Positions 30,730-39,916 of a stretch of DNA of 64,000 nucleotides are shown in pieces. Below the pieces are notes generated by a model. The model had not been told where the DNA came from. It saw only the letters and a program-made list of their open reading frames with translations, and searched no databases. The position numbers were made by a program, and so were the translations under genes. Each line of letters begins with the position of its first letter. Positions within the stretch are counted from its first letter, which is position 1. Origin of the DNA: Promethearchaeia archaeon (GTDB lineage: Archaea; Asgardarchaeota; Lokiarchaeia; Sigyniarchaeales; SOKP01); assembly GCA_046483985.1 (NCBI GenBank), contig JAWOCD010000084.1, positions 32,001 through 96,000 of the forward strand, given 5' to 3'.

Positions 30730-32442
30730 CTAATCGATCTTAGCCCCACATTTATTACAGTATGCATAATTTTTATTAAGCATAGCCCCACACTGTTTGC
30801 AAATAACAATTTCTTTCTTTTTTTCTGATTTCTGGACTTCTTGAGCTTTTTGGGTCTTTTGGGCTCTTTGAGCTTCTTGGGTCTTTTGGGCTCTTTGAGC
30901 TTCTTGAGATTCTTGGGTTGATTCTTCCGATTTAAAGGGAACGGACTCCTCCTCTATATTCTCAGCATTTGGTATGACTTCAAGGTTTGAACTTTTTTCT
31001 TTTGCTTTCTCCTTACTGGAAATAAACGGAACAAAAGGAGAAACTGGTTTTTTATCTTCTGTTGCTTTTTGCGTTGTCTGCAAGGTATCTAATAATGAAG
31101 GAGGGCGTTTTTTCTTGGTTTTTTTGGTTTTAATTTTTTTCTCTTTTCTTCTTTTCTTTTTTTCTTTCTTCTTTTTCTTCTTCTGTTCTGAAAGACCTGC
31201 TTGAGGCAGGTAATCCACTAATGAATCAGATTTTTCTTGTGAGGGGGTCTCACCTCCTTGACCTCCTGCAGTAAATGGCATACTTGCGGACTTTTCCTCG
31301 GCAATTTCTGTTGCTGCTGGTTGTTGAAAATCTGTAGGACCTTGTGTGGGAACAGGTGTCTTTCCCGAAAATGGAACCGCTTTTGGTTTAAATTTTTCTT
31401 GAGTGTCTTCTTGATTAACCAGTTCGGCTTTTTGTCCGCTTTCTTTTCCTCCAAGAATCTCATCTGGTTTTTTGAATTCAAATTCTTGAGAGGTGGTGTC
31501 CATTTCTGGAGGCTGCTGAGAATTCGGCTCCGGCTCGGGTTCTACCTCCGGTGTTGCCTTTGTTCCCGTGGGCTCCGGTACATCCGGTGCTGAAAAATCA
31601 ATCTCCGGCTCCGGCTCCGGCTCCGGCTCTGGCTCGGGTTCTACCTCCGGTGTTGCCTTTGTTCCCGTGGGCTCCGGTACATCCGGTGCTGAAAAATCAA
31701 TCTCCGGCTCTGGCTCTGGCTCCGGCTCGGGTTCTACCTCCGGTGTTGCCTTTGTTCCCGTGGGCTCCGGTACATCCGGTGCTGAGCTTACAGAAGGTTG
31801 CGCCACCTCCGCTTGTGCTGGTTGAGCTCCGGGAGATTTGTATTGAGTAACTTGGCCAGGACTTGCAACAGTACCAGCTGAAATTAATTTATCCGGCACA
31901 TCTGCTCCAACCATTAGATGTGCGAGAATAGAAAAGCAATCTCCCACACCTTCTCCCGTCTTTGCAGAGGTTTCCATATAATATAAATTAAAATCTTGAG
32001 TAAATTCATTAATCTCCTCCAAATCAACTGCTCTTTGGTCGGCTAAATCACTCTTATTTCCAACTAAAAGTAACGGGATATCGTTATTTATATTTGCCCG
32101 TACTTCATCAATCCACTGTGGTAAATGTTCAAAACTCTCATGTGATGTGAGATCAAAAATTAATAAAGCTCCTAATGAACCGCGATAATACATCGGTCGA
32201 ATCGAGGAAAATCGTTCTTGTCCACCAGTATCCCAGATTTGAAGCTTGCAACGAATTGTTCCTTCTGAAGGAGTTTCAATATTGATGGTTTTCACGTGAA
32301 AATCAACACCGATTGTCATTTTATAATCCTCCGTAAAGAAACCCTTACTAAAACGCAAAGTTAAAGCGGTTTTACCCACTCCTCCGTCACCAACAACGAT
32401 AGACTTGAATAAATAGTCGTACTCTTCTGTCATAGTATTCAA
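30730..32442 (-). CDS. Rab-like small GTPase with long repetitive disordered tail and C-terminal zinc ribbon
   Basis: YDYLFK, GDGGVGKT, TIGVDF, WDTGGQERF, YYRG, NKSD, ETSAK; tail CKQCG..CNKCG. Confidence 0.93.
   Translation of the reverse strand: MNTMTEEYDYLFKSIVVGDGGVGKTALTLRFSKGFFTEDYKMTIGVDFHVKTINIETPSEGTIRCKLQIWDTGGQERFSSIRPMYYRGSLGALLIFDLTSHESFEHLPQWIDEVRANINNDIPLLLVGNKSDLADQRAVDLEEINEFTQDFNLYYMETSAKTGEGVGDCFSILAHLMVGADVPDKLISAGTVASPGQVTQYKSPGAQPAQAEVAQPSVSSAPDVPEPTGTKATPEVEPEPEPEPEPEIDFSAPDVPEPTGTKATPEVEPEPEPEPEPEPEIDFSAPDVPEPTGTKATPEVEPEPEPNSQQPPEMDTTSQEFEFKKPDEILGGKESGQKAELVNQEDTQEKFKPKAVPFSGKTPVPTQGPTDFQQPAATEIAEEKSASMPFTAGGQGGETPSQEKSDSLVDYLPQAGLSEQKKKKKKEKKKRRKEKKIKTKKTKKKRPPSLLDTLQTTQKATEDKKPVSPFVPFISSKEKAKEKSSNLEVIPNAENIEEESVPFKSEESTQESQEAQRAQKTQEAQRAQKTQKAQEVQKSEKKKEIVICKQCGAMLNKNYAYCNKCGAKID
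30832..30906. repeat. 27-bp coding tandem repeat (QEAQRAQKT, about 2.5 copies)
   Basis: ttgggtcttttgggctctttgagcttc repeated. Confidence 0.85.
31525..31785. repeat. Coding tandem repeat, about 93-99 bp x3, with nested (EP)n microsatellite
   Basis: SAPDVPEPTGTKATPEV(EP)n; near-identical DNA copies with 5, 6 and 3 EP units. Confidence 0.95.
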
Positions 32443-32659
32443 ATATTCTTTTTATTATAATAGAAAATCTATATAGAAAACTATAGTTATTTCAATTAAG
32501 TTTTATTGCTTGTTTCTTATATAACTATCTATAATTACAAATTTATATTTTTATTTATGTGGCTGAATTTGAAAATCATAATAATTTTTATTTTCTCTTA
32601 AGAACTATTCTATATGAAGTAAAAATTTTAAATTAAACTTGTAAATGTGGTTATGAATT

Positions 32660-34000
32660 GTGTTAAGAAAAAGAGAAGATAATCCTTACCTTCAGATCGC
32701 ATTAGATTTAGTGAATACCCCTCGAGCGCTTCAGATTGCAGAAGAAGCAATAGAAGGAGGAGTAGAATGGATTGAAGCGGGAACTCCACTAATCAAGGCT
32801 GAGGGGATGGATGCTGTTAGAAAGTTACATAAAAAGTTTCCCAAACATACTATTGTCGCCGATATGAAAACCGCCGATGGAGGTTCGATCGAAATTGAAA
32901 TTGCAGCAAAAGCTGGAGCAAATGTTGTTTTGATGCTGGGAGGGAGCGATGACGCATCCGTTACCGAGGCTGTAGAAGCAGCAAAAAAATATGGTGTAAT
33001 GTTAGGATGTGACACCATTGATATTCCCCAAGATCGTATAGTGGAACGAGCACTTGAGTTAGAAGATCTAGGCGCTGATATGATCTGCTCTCATGTTGGA
33101 ATCGACATGCAAACCATCTATGGTGGCGAAAAAACCTTGGAAGTTGCCAAAAAATTGAAAGAAAATCTCAATCCAACCACATGGTTGGCAATTGCAGGAG
33201 GTCTCAATAGTGAGACCGCAGCGAAGGCGAAAGAGATCGGAGTCGACGTAATAATCGTGGGAGGATCCTTGTATAAGTCAAAAAAACCCAAAAAAACCGC
33301 AGAAAAAATTAAAACCGCGATCGAAAAAGCTGAACCCGTCGAATCTGCGTTGTTCAAGAAATATGACAAGAAGCATATACGTGATGCTCTTATGATGGTA
33401 TCATGCCCCAATATTTCTGACGCAATGCACAGGTCAGGGGAGATGCAAGGTTTAAAACCAGTATGGCAACCAACGGAAAAAAAACCATTAAAGTTTGTAG
33501 GACCTGCAGTCACGGTAAGGGCCTATAATGGAGATTGGAGTAAACCCGTGGAGGCAATTGCAGAAGCAAAGGAAGGTGATGTCATTGTTATTGATGCATG
33601 TGAAGGAAAAGATGCAGTGTGGGGGGAACTAGCTTCTTGGAGCTGTAAAACAAAAGGTATATCTGGAGTAATCATCGATGGAGCCGTGCGTGATATTGAC
33701 GATATTCGGAAAATTAAGTTTCCGGCCTTTGCTCGGTATTTTACGCCCACCGCGGGAGAGCCTCGAGGGTTAGGGGAGATAAATGTAAGTATTGAATGTG
33801 CCGGACAACCAGTAAATCCCGGAGATTGGGTTGTCGCAGACGCTTCTGGAGTAGTAGTCATCCCTAAAGAAAAGTCCCAAGAAATGGCCAACCGCGCTAT
33901 TGATGTGTTTGAAAAAGAAAACCGCATAAGAGAAGAGATTAAACGCGGATCCACCCTTTCAGAAGTAATGTATCTAAAGAAATGGGAAAAACAAAAATAA
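32660..34000 (+). CDS. 3-hexulose-6-phosphate synthase fused to RraA/HMG-aldolase-like domain
   Basis: LQIALD, EAGTPLIK, ADMKTAD; C-term NISDAM, WGELA, DGAVRD, PGD.VVAD..GVVV. Confidence 0.92.
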   Translation: MLRKREDNPYLQIALDLVNTPRALQIAEEAIEGGVEWIEAGTPLIKAEGMDAVRKLHKKFPKHTIVADMKTADGGSIEIEIAAKAGANVVLMLGGSDDASVTEAVEAAKKYGVMLGCDTIDIPQDRIVERALELEDLGADMICSHVGIDMQTIYGGEKTLEVAKKLKENLNPTTWLAIAGGLNSETAAKAKEIGVDVIIVGGSLYKSKKPKKTAEKIKTAIEKAEPVESALFKKYDKKHIRDALMMVSCPNISDAMHRSGEMQGLKPVWQPTEKKPLKFVGPAVTVRAYNGDWSKPVEAIAEAKEGDVIVIDACEGKDAVWGELASWSCKTKGISGVIIDGAVRDIDDIRKIKFPAFARYFTPTAGEPRGLGEINVSIECAGQPVNPGDWVVADASGVVVIPKEKSQEMANRAIDVFEKENRIREEIKRGSTLSEVMYLKKWEKQK

Positions 34001-34092
34001 ACTTAAATTTATTTTATCATTAAAATATCATCAGAGTTTTTTGTATTCTAGAAATTGGGATATAATGTAGATAGTAAGGGGTCAAGAGATGA

Positions 34093-34166
34093 AGCCAGAG
34101 GAGAGATTTGAACTCCCGCTGATCAACTCTGCAGGCTGACGCTCAACCGGGCTAAGCGACTCTGGC
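34093..34166 (-). tRNA. tRNA-Cys(GCA), intronless
   Basis: GCCAGAG/CTCTGGC+T, TCAGC-CTGCAGA-GTTGA, GTTCAAAT. Confidence 0.93.
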
Positions 34167-34264
34167 ATTTATAAAAGAGTTAATATAAAGATTAAAAAAT
34201 CTTACTTAGTAAAAAGAGAGATTAAATTTTAATTTTATGATTGACCATCATAGATTTTATTTCA

Positions 34265-35206
34265 TCAAATTATGGTTTCCAGATGAGATTGTATTTTGTC
34301 CAGTTCTGCTTTTATCGGCTTAAGATTGTCCGAATAGGTTGACACCTCTAAATAAAGAATAATCGATCCATGCTCTTTCTCGATTGTATATTTTTTGACA
34401 TATTGTGCAGTATTATCTGAGCATATAAGCCGTTCGTCAATCCCGACATCCTCATCAGTCAACCGTTGAAAAAACTCCAAATTCTCATTCATTTTGCTGC
34501 TAATTTGTTTCTGAAATTCCCAAGGATCCATGACTTCACTATAATTATCTGCGATAATTAACCCCGCATTGGTATAAAGAATAGCATGATGACAGCCGTA
34601 ATTTTGAGTCAGATCGCGGAGTTTGGCATTTATAGAACTTACATCTAAGAGTTGATTCAAAGAATAAGAAACTGCTTTCGAAATTGAGGAGATATCGTAC
34701 ACCGATGTGTTAAAGAAAACAAACTGGATATCTGGATTTCTTTTTAAAATTAGCTCCTTAATCATTTTTGTCCGCTCGCGAAATTCCTGACTTCCTTTAA
34801 ATTTAGGATCATATTTATGAAAGCATATGATGATTTCATTCTCGTAATCAAGTTCACGAAAGATTTTTAATAATTCTGAAAGATAATCCACGGACGTGCG
34901 AAATTTAAACTCGTCTTGGATATCTATTAAAAAATAGAGATAATCAGTCCCCGAAAAATAGACGGGATTATTTACATAGATTGAGCGATATTTTCCTTGT
35001 CCGCCCATATCCCACAAATTTATTGAATATCGGTTTACAAAAGTAAAGGAACTGTAATCAATTTTGATCGTGGGCTTTAAATTCTTTACTTTCTCGTGGA
35101 AATTGTATTTTTGTCTTAATGCGATTAAAGCACTTGTTTTTCCCGCGTTATCAAGTCCCGCGAATATAATCTTTACTTCTTTGAGATTTTTTACCCGATG
35201 AGACAT
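34265..35206 (-). CDS. Rag/Arf-like small GTPase with C-terminal roadblock-like domain
   Basis: GLDNAGKT, KPT, WDMGGQ, HKYD, TS; C-term LYTNAGLIIAD. Confidence 0.88.
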   Translation of the reverse strand: MSHRVKNLKEVKIIFAGLDNAGKTSALIALRQKYNFHEKVKNLKPTIKIDYSSFTFVNRYSINLWDMGGQGKYRSIYVNNPVYFSGTDYLYFLIDIQDEFKFRTSVDYLSELLKIFRELDYENEIIICFHKYDPKFKGSQEFRERTKMIKELILKRNPDIQFVFFNTSVYDISSISKAVSYSLNQLLDVSSINAKLRDLTQNYGCHHAILYTNAGLIIADNYSEVMDPWEFQKQISSKMNENLEFFQRLTDEDVGIDERLICSDNTAQYVKKYTIEKEHGSIILYLEVSTYSDNLKPIKAELDKIQSHLETII

Positions 35207-35265
35207 TCTTATATAAAAAATAAATTTGAAAGTAATTAAGATATAAAATATATCAAAGAAATCTT

Positions 35266-35311
35266 ATTTATTCTTTTTGACTATGCAATTTATTCTTTTT
35301 GACTATGCAAT
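35266..35311. repeat. Perfect 22-bp tandem duplication in divergent promoter region
   Basis: atttattctttttgactatgca x2. Confidence 0.9.
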
Positions 35312-35455
35312 ATTACTTTAGTGGTGAGTTAAAAAAGCGTCCAGATATGTGTTTTTTCTGATTGATGGCAAAGTTAAGATTATTTAAGATATTAAATATA
35401 TAAAAAATAACAATATCAACAAAAAAATAGTAATACATATAGGTGAAATTAAAAA

Positions 35456-36484
35456 TTGAAACCTGAAAATATCGATTTCTACTCACTTGGATTTGATTTT
35501 ATTGAAACAAAAAGCATGTTCGTGTCAGATTATAAAGACGGTCAATGGAATGATAAAGGGATAATTCCTTTTGGAACATTTGAAATTTCTCCTGGGGCAT
35601 GCGTACTTAATTACGGTCAAGGAATCTTCGAAGGGATGAAAGCATTAGAGGCAAAAAATGGGGATATAGTCCTTTTTCGACCGGAAAAGAATGCCAAGAG
35701 ATTAAATAAAAGCGCTAAACGAATGTTGATGCCAGAATTTAACGAAAATAAATTTATTGAGTCCGTTAAAAAAGTAGTTAAAGCAAATGAAGATTATATA
35801 CCACCTTATGATAGTGGGGGAGCACTATATATTAGACCGCTTATGATTGGGAATGGTCCCGTCTTAGGAGTTGCCCCTGCGGAGGAATATAAATTCATTA
35901 TATTTACGGTCCCTGTTGGTCCTTATTTCCCAGAAGGGTTCAAAGCAATTGATTTGGAGATTTCAAAGGAGTACACACGTGCAGCTCCAGGTGGTACGGG
36001 TTTTGCAAAGACATGTTGTAATTATGCCCCTACAATGAAACCAGCAAAAGAGACCAAAGAAAAAGGTTATGCCCAACTTATTTACCTCGACGCTCAAGAA
36101 TTAAAATATATTGATGAAGTGGGCACCGCTAATTTCTTTGCCTTAATTGATGGGAAGTTAGCGACTCCAAAAACAAAAGGAACAATTCTCCCTGGGATTA
36201 CCAGAAAATCGGTCTTAGAATTAGCAGAAACGAAGTTAGGAATAGAGGGAGAAGAACGGGATATATCCTACGAAGAATTATTTGAGGACAGGTGTGCGGA
36301 AGCCTTTTGTACAGGTACTGCGGCAGTAATAACTCCTATAGGATCAGTGACTTTAAATGATAAAAAACGAGTCTGGAATGATGGGGAACCTGGAGAAGTC
36401 ACTAAGAAATTATATGATCTCTTAACGGGTATTCAGAGAAAAGAAATCGAAGATGATTTCGGTTGGGTTACCACCGTTAAATAA
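35456..36484 (+). CDS. ilvE: Branched-chain amino acid aminotransferase
   Basis: YGQGIFEGMKA, LYIRP, K..CNYA, ILPGITR, GTAAVITP. Confidence 0.95.
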   Translation: MKPENIDFYSLGFDFIETKSMFVSDYKDGQWNDKGIIPFGTFEISPGACVLNYGQGIFEGMKALEAKNGDIVLFRPEKNAKRLNKSAKRMLMPEFNENKFIESVKKVVKANEDYIPPYDSGGALYIRPLMIGNGPVLGVAPAEEYKFIIFTVPVGPYFPEGFKAIDLEISKEYTRAAPGGTGFAKTCCNYAPTMKPAKETKEKGYAQLIYLDAQELKYIDEVGTANFFALIDGKLATPKTKGTILPGITRKSVLELAETKLGIEGEERDISYEELFEDRCAEAFCTGTAAVITPIGSVTLNDKKRVWNDGEPGEVTKKLYDLLTGIQRKEIEDDFGWVTTVK

Positions 36485-36529
36485 TTTTAATTATCTTATT
36501 TTTTTAATTTTTTCTTATCTTTATTAGTA

Positions 36530-36561
36530 TTGAACTACTCACGCCTAAAGGCATGAGATTC
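36530..36561 (-). mobile_element. IS200/IS605 right-end hairpin (solo)
   Basis: Minus strand GAATCTCATGCCTTTAGGCGTGAGTAGTTCAA; near-identical to the copies at 38972 and 48208. Confidence 0.85.
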
Positions 36562-36578
36562 GTAAATACCTATTTATA

Positions 36579-37511
36579 TCATCTACTCTTTATGAATTCT
36601 AAAATTCTGTTAGCCACCAATAGGGGTTTCTCTTGATGTAGAAAATGGCCAGCATGTTTATAATATCTGATAATAAGGTTACATTTTTTATCAATATAAT
36701 AGGGAAGATATCGGGTCAAATTAAAATGAAGAGCAAAATCATTTACCCCCCATAAAACGAGAGTATCACATTTCACTCTCTTAAACTTCCCAGATGAAGT
36801 AGATGGCTTAAATGCTGCTCTTAGAGATGCCCGATAATAATTAATTCCACTTAAACCTCGAGGTCGATTAAAGCAATCAATATACGCTTGCATTTCCCGT
36901 TCAGAAATGTGATCGCCAATGTTTTTGTAAATCCTTTGAATAATCCAAAAATTGTTCAGTCCTAAGATTATTTCGGGGAGATAAGGAATTTGGAAGAAAA
37001 AGATATAATATGACATGAATAGTTGTCTCGGAATATGCTGGAAAGCACGAAAAAGAAGATCAACGGGAGGACAATTTATAATAACCAAATTTTCAATTAA
37101 TTCTGGGAAATATCGAGCCATATGCCAGGAGATCGCCCCTCCCCAATCATGACCAACAAGAATCACTTTATTGGTGGGAGAAATGCTTAGTATTACTTCT
37201 TTGATGTCCTCCATTAAATATTTCATACCATAATCTTTCACATTTGGTGGTTTAGACGATTTATTGTATCCTCTTTGATCAATTGCTATAGCTTTGCGAT
37301 TTCTGGCCAGAATCGGCATAATATACCGAAAACTATAATGAAAATCGGGAAACCCATGAAGTAATAAAATTGGCGTATCTTTTTTATTACTATTATTATA
37401 GCCCATAGATACTGCATGGATCCGCAGATTATTAACATTTAGAAACTCATGTTGAGCATCCTTCCACATATGTAAATGTAAGGGAGGTAGATTTTTAAAC
37501 CATTTCCTCAT
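36579..37511 (-). CDS. Alpha/beta hydrolase (epoxide hydrolase-like)
   Basis: HGFP, DQRGY, GHDWGG, GINYYRA, GHFLHQE. Confidence 0.92.
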   Translation of the reverse strand: MRKWFKNLPPLHLHMWKDAQHEFLNVNNLRIHAVSMGYNNSNKKDTPILLLHGFPDFHYSFRYIMPILARNRKAIAIDQRGYNKSSKPPNVKDYGMKYLMEDIKEVILSISPTNKVILVGHDWGGAISWHMARYFPELIENLVIINCPPVDLLFRAFQHIPRQLFMSYYIFFFQIPYLPEIILGLNNFWIIQRIYKNIGDHISEREMQAYIDCFNRPRGLSGINYYRASLRAAFKPSTSSGKFKRVKCDTLVLWGVNDFALHFNLTRYLPYYIDKKCNLIIRYYKHAGHFLHQEKPLLVANRILEFIKSR

Positions 37512-37522
37512 AAAAAGAAAGG

Positions 37523-38527
37523 CTATTTGAGAGAATATGCGTCCAAGACAAATTCTACAGCACGCTTCCCATCTTCAAAGTCAGGCTTTCCTTGAGTATT
37601 ATCCAGAATGCTATGAATAAATTCTTCAATTAAAAGATGGTAAGTTTCTCGGTGGCTTTTTTTGAAGGATAAGGCTTCTTTTATGAGTTTTTTCTGGTGC
37701 AATTTTTTAGGAATACATGAAGCTGGCTTTTGTTTACGTAAATCAAGCGTAAGCGTTCCTTCAGTGCCAAAAATTTCAATCTTTTCATTGGGATAATTAC
37801 ACCATGAAACTGAAATAAGGCCTTTCGTGTTATCGAAAAATTCAAAAAGAACATTGCAGTTATCCTCCTCTTTCATATCAATGCATGATGTACCAAAGTT
37901 TATTCCGTTTATCCTAGTGGGTTCACCAATTAGAAATCGAAGAAGATCTACTACATGAACACCTAGATCAAGAAGGACCCCACCCCCCGCCAATTTTGAA
38001 TCAAAAAACCATTTTTGTTTTGATAACGCTTGCCATGATTCGTAAGGGCCATAATGAGAAAAATAATAGCGCGCTAAGATAAGATTTCCTAACAGTTTTT
38101 CTTCTAAGATTTGTTTAACTATGGAAAATATCGGATTAAATCGCTTATTAAACATGACAAAAAAGATAAGTTCTTTTCCATCTAATGCTGACTCCACCCT
38201 GTCAAGCTCTCCTTGGGTAATACAAATTGGTTTTTCGCTCAAAATATGGAGGTCATGTTTAATAGACTCTAAAATCATCGGGGCATGAAGATAATTCGGC
38301 GTGCATATTGATACGGCATCGAGTTCTTCCGTATTGAGCATCTCCTTCCATGCATCGTCTCCAAAGTAATAATGATCTATTTCATATTTAGCTGCAAATT
38401 GTTTTGCATGATTTTTTGTTCGGGAAGCAATTGCCTCTAATTCACATTCCTCCAATTTTTGAAACCCCGCTAAATGTATATCGCCAATAGCCCCTGCCCC
38501 AATTAATCCAATTTTGATTTTCTCCAT
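37523..38527 (-). CDS. Gfo/Idh/MocA oxidoreductase
   Basis: GAGAIG, EKP, GGGVLLDLGVH. Confidence 0.92.
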   Translation of the reverse strand: MEKIKIGLIGAGAIGDIHLAGFQKLEECELEAIASRTKNHAKQFAAKYEIDHYYFGDDAWKEMLNTEELDAVSICTPNYLHAPMILESIKHDLHILSEKPICITQGELDRVESALDGKELIFFVMFNKRFNPIFSIVKQILEEKLLGNLILARYYFSHYGPYESWQALSKQKWFFDSKLAGGGVLLDLGVHVVDLLRFLIGEPTRINGINFGTSCIDMKEEDNCNVLFEFFDNTKGLISVSWCNYPNEKIEIFGTEGTLTLDLRKQKPASCIPKKLHQKKLIKEALSFKKSHRETYHLLIEEFIHSILDNTQGKPDFEDGKRAVEFVLDAYSLK

Positions 38528-38617
38528 ACAAAATTCACCTATATAATTGTGAAATAGTTAGTTATCATATCAATTAAATGTTTCTCTCTTTCCACGATTT
38601 CTTTTAGTTTCAAAAAC

Positions 38618-38935
38618 TTATTCCTTGAGTTTTAAAGAAGGCCAAGCAATTCCTTCACCTTTACACTTTGGACATTTAGAAGGAATTCGTAATTTGTCTC
38701 CTTCTTGAGTAAATTTATAACCGCAAGCTTGGCAATATGCAGGACGCACGTATATTTGTTTTTCCTCATTTTGCAAAGTCTTATTTATGCTAAAAATATC
38801 CTCTATAAGTACATGTTTACTCGGATATTCTAACTCCCGCATAACAAACTTTAAATCATGAATCTCTTTGTCTGACTTTAGAGCCTGAATCAATTTTTGC
38901 CGTCGAGTCTTCCAAACGTTTCTCTTTCTTCTCAT
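38618..38935 (-). CDS. Archaeal HTH plus Zn-finger transcriptional regulator (COG3357-like)
   Basis: TRRQKLI, PAYCQACGY.F..PSKCPKCK..I..P. Confidence 0.85.
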   Translation of the reverse strand: MRRKRNVWKTRRQKLIQALKSDKEIHDLKFVMRELEYPSKHVLIEDIFSINKTLQNEEKQIYVRPAYCQACGYKFTQEGDKLRIPSKCPKCKGEGIAWPSLKLKE

Positions 38936-38971
38936 TTTCTTTATTGGAAAACTTTATAAAATATTTAAGCT

Positions 38972-39024
38972 TTGAACTGCTCACGCCTAAAGGCGTGAGA
39001 TTCATATTCTTTAATGCGTGATCA
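38972..39024 (-). mobile_element. IS200/IS605 right end
   Basis: Perfect hairpin CTCACGCC-TTTA-GGCGTGAG with GAAT foot and TTCAA terminus; 53 bp shared with the 48208 copy. Confidence 0.88.
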
Positions 39025-39054
39025 GTTGAATTTTAAAGGCTTAATTTTTTCATT

Positions 39055-39471
39055 TTAATAATCTTTTAAGCCAGAAAAACGGTTATCAATGATGGCATCC
39101 ACCTTCTGTTCGATTTTCATAGACATTGCATCGGGATTTTTTAAAAATTGCTTATTTTCAATAAAAATCGTAGTGGAAATCTCTTTAATCAATCGTACAT
39201 CTTGTTCTCCCTTCATAAAAAATACAAAATAAATCGACTTTTCTTCAAATAAGAGATCTTTAGTGATTATACTAATATAAGCCTCCGAAAACCCGTTTCC
39301 AAATGAGATATTGGCAATCTTTTTCTTAAATATTCTGTCTCCAATTGTTCCAATTGCAGATATTAGTCCACTTAACAGGGATTTATTCATTTCGGGAAGT
39401 GACTCATCTACTGTACGGGAATAAAACGGATAACCTTGAGAGTCACAAATTAGGATTCTTAAAATACTCAC
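39055..39471 (-). CDS. Longin/roadblock-like (profilin-fold) Asgard protein
   Basis: ILICDSQGYPFYSR...LLSGLISAI pattern typical of Asgard longin-like proteins. Confidence 0.7.
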   Translation of the reverse strand: MSILRILICDSQGYPFYSRTVDESLPEMNKSLLSGLISAIGTIGDRIFKKKIANISFGNGFSEAYISIITKDLLFEEKSIYFVFFMKGEQDVRLIKEISTTIFIENKQFLKNPDAMSMKIEQKVDAIIDNRFSGLKDY

Positions 39472-39816
39472 TTTAAATCATATATTAATAATTTTTGAAT
39501 TAAGCGTTATTATATATTTATAAAGAGTTCTTAATGAATTTTACTTATTCTGATCTAGGAAAATAAATTTAATCTAAAAAAAAATAGTTCTATAATTTAA
39601 AAATATGGTATGACAGCTCGCTTGGGAGAGGGTTAGTTCCAAAATTTCTAATTCGAATTATGTTCCGCGTTCATTTTATCTTTCGCACAAGAAAAAAAAA
39701 CGCCAAAAGATATTTGAATTATTGGAACGCTTTATTAGTTATTATCTCTTCATTCCAGTAAAGAATCCAAAACATATAATCTCTTTTCTCATTTTAATTG
39801 TAAAACTAATTAATTT

Positions 39817-39854
39817 TCCCCACCCTAAAGGAATGGGACTTCTTTCGCAGATCG
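39817..39854 (-). mobile_element. IS200/IS605 left-end-like hairpin
   Basis: Minus strand TTTAA|CGATCTGCGAAAGAAGTCCCATTCCTTTAGGGTGGGGA, homologous to the left end upstream of tnpA at 16033-16082. Confidence 0.75.
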
Positions 39855-39916
39855 TTAAATAATTAAGTCAGCTAAAAAAAATTAGTACTAGAACAAAAAA
39901 TAGCGGTAAAAGATCT

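Noticed and set aside
31551-31850. GS-rich and PA-rich plus-strand ORFs
   Set aside because: Reverse-strand read-outs of the (EP)n repeat in the Rab-like gene
31525-35311. Repeats considered as a CRISPR array
   Set aside because: Contiguous tandem repeats without unique spacers; no cas genes
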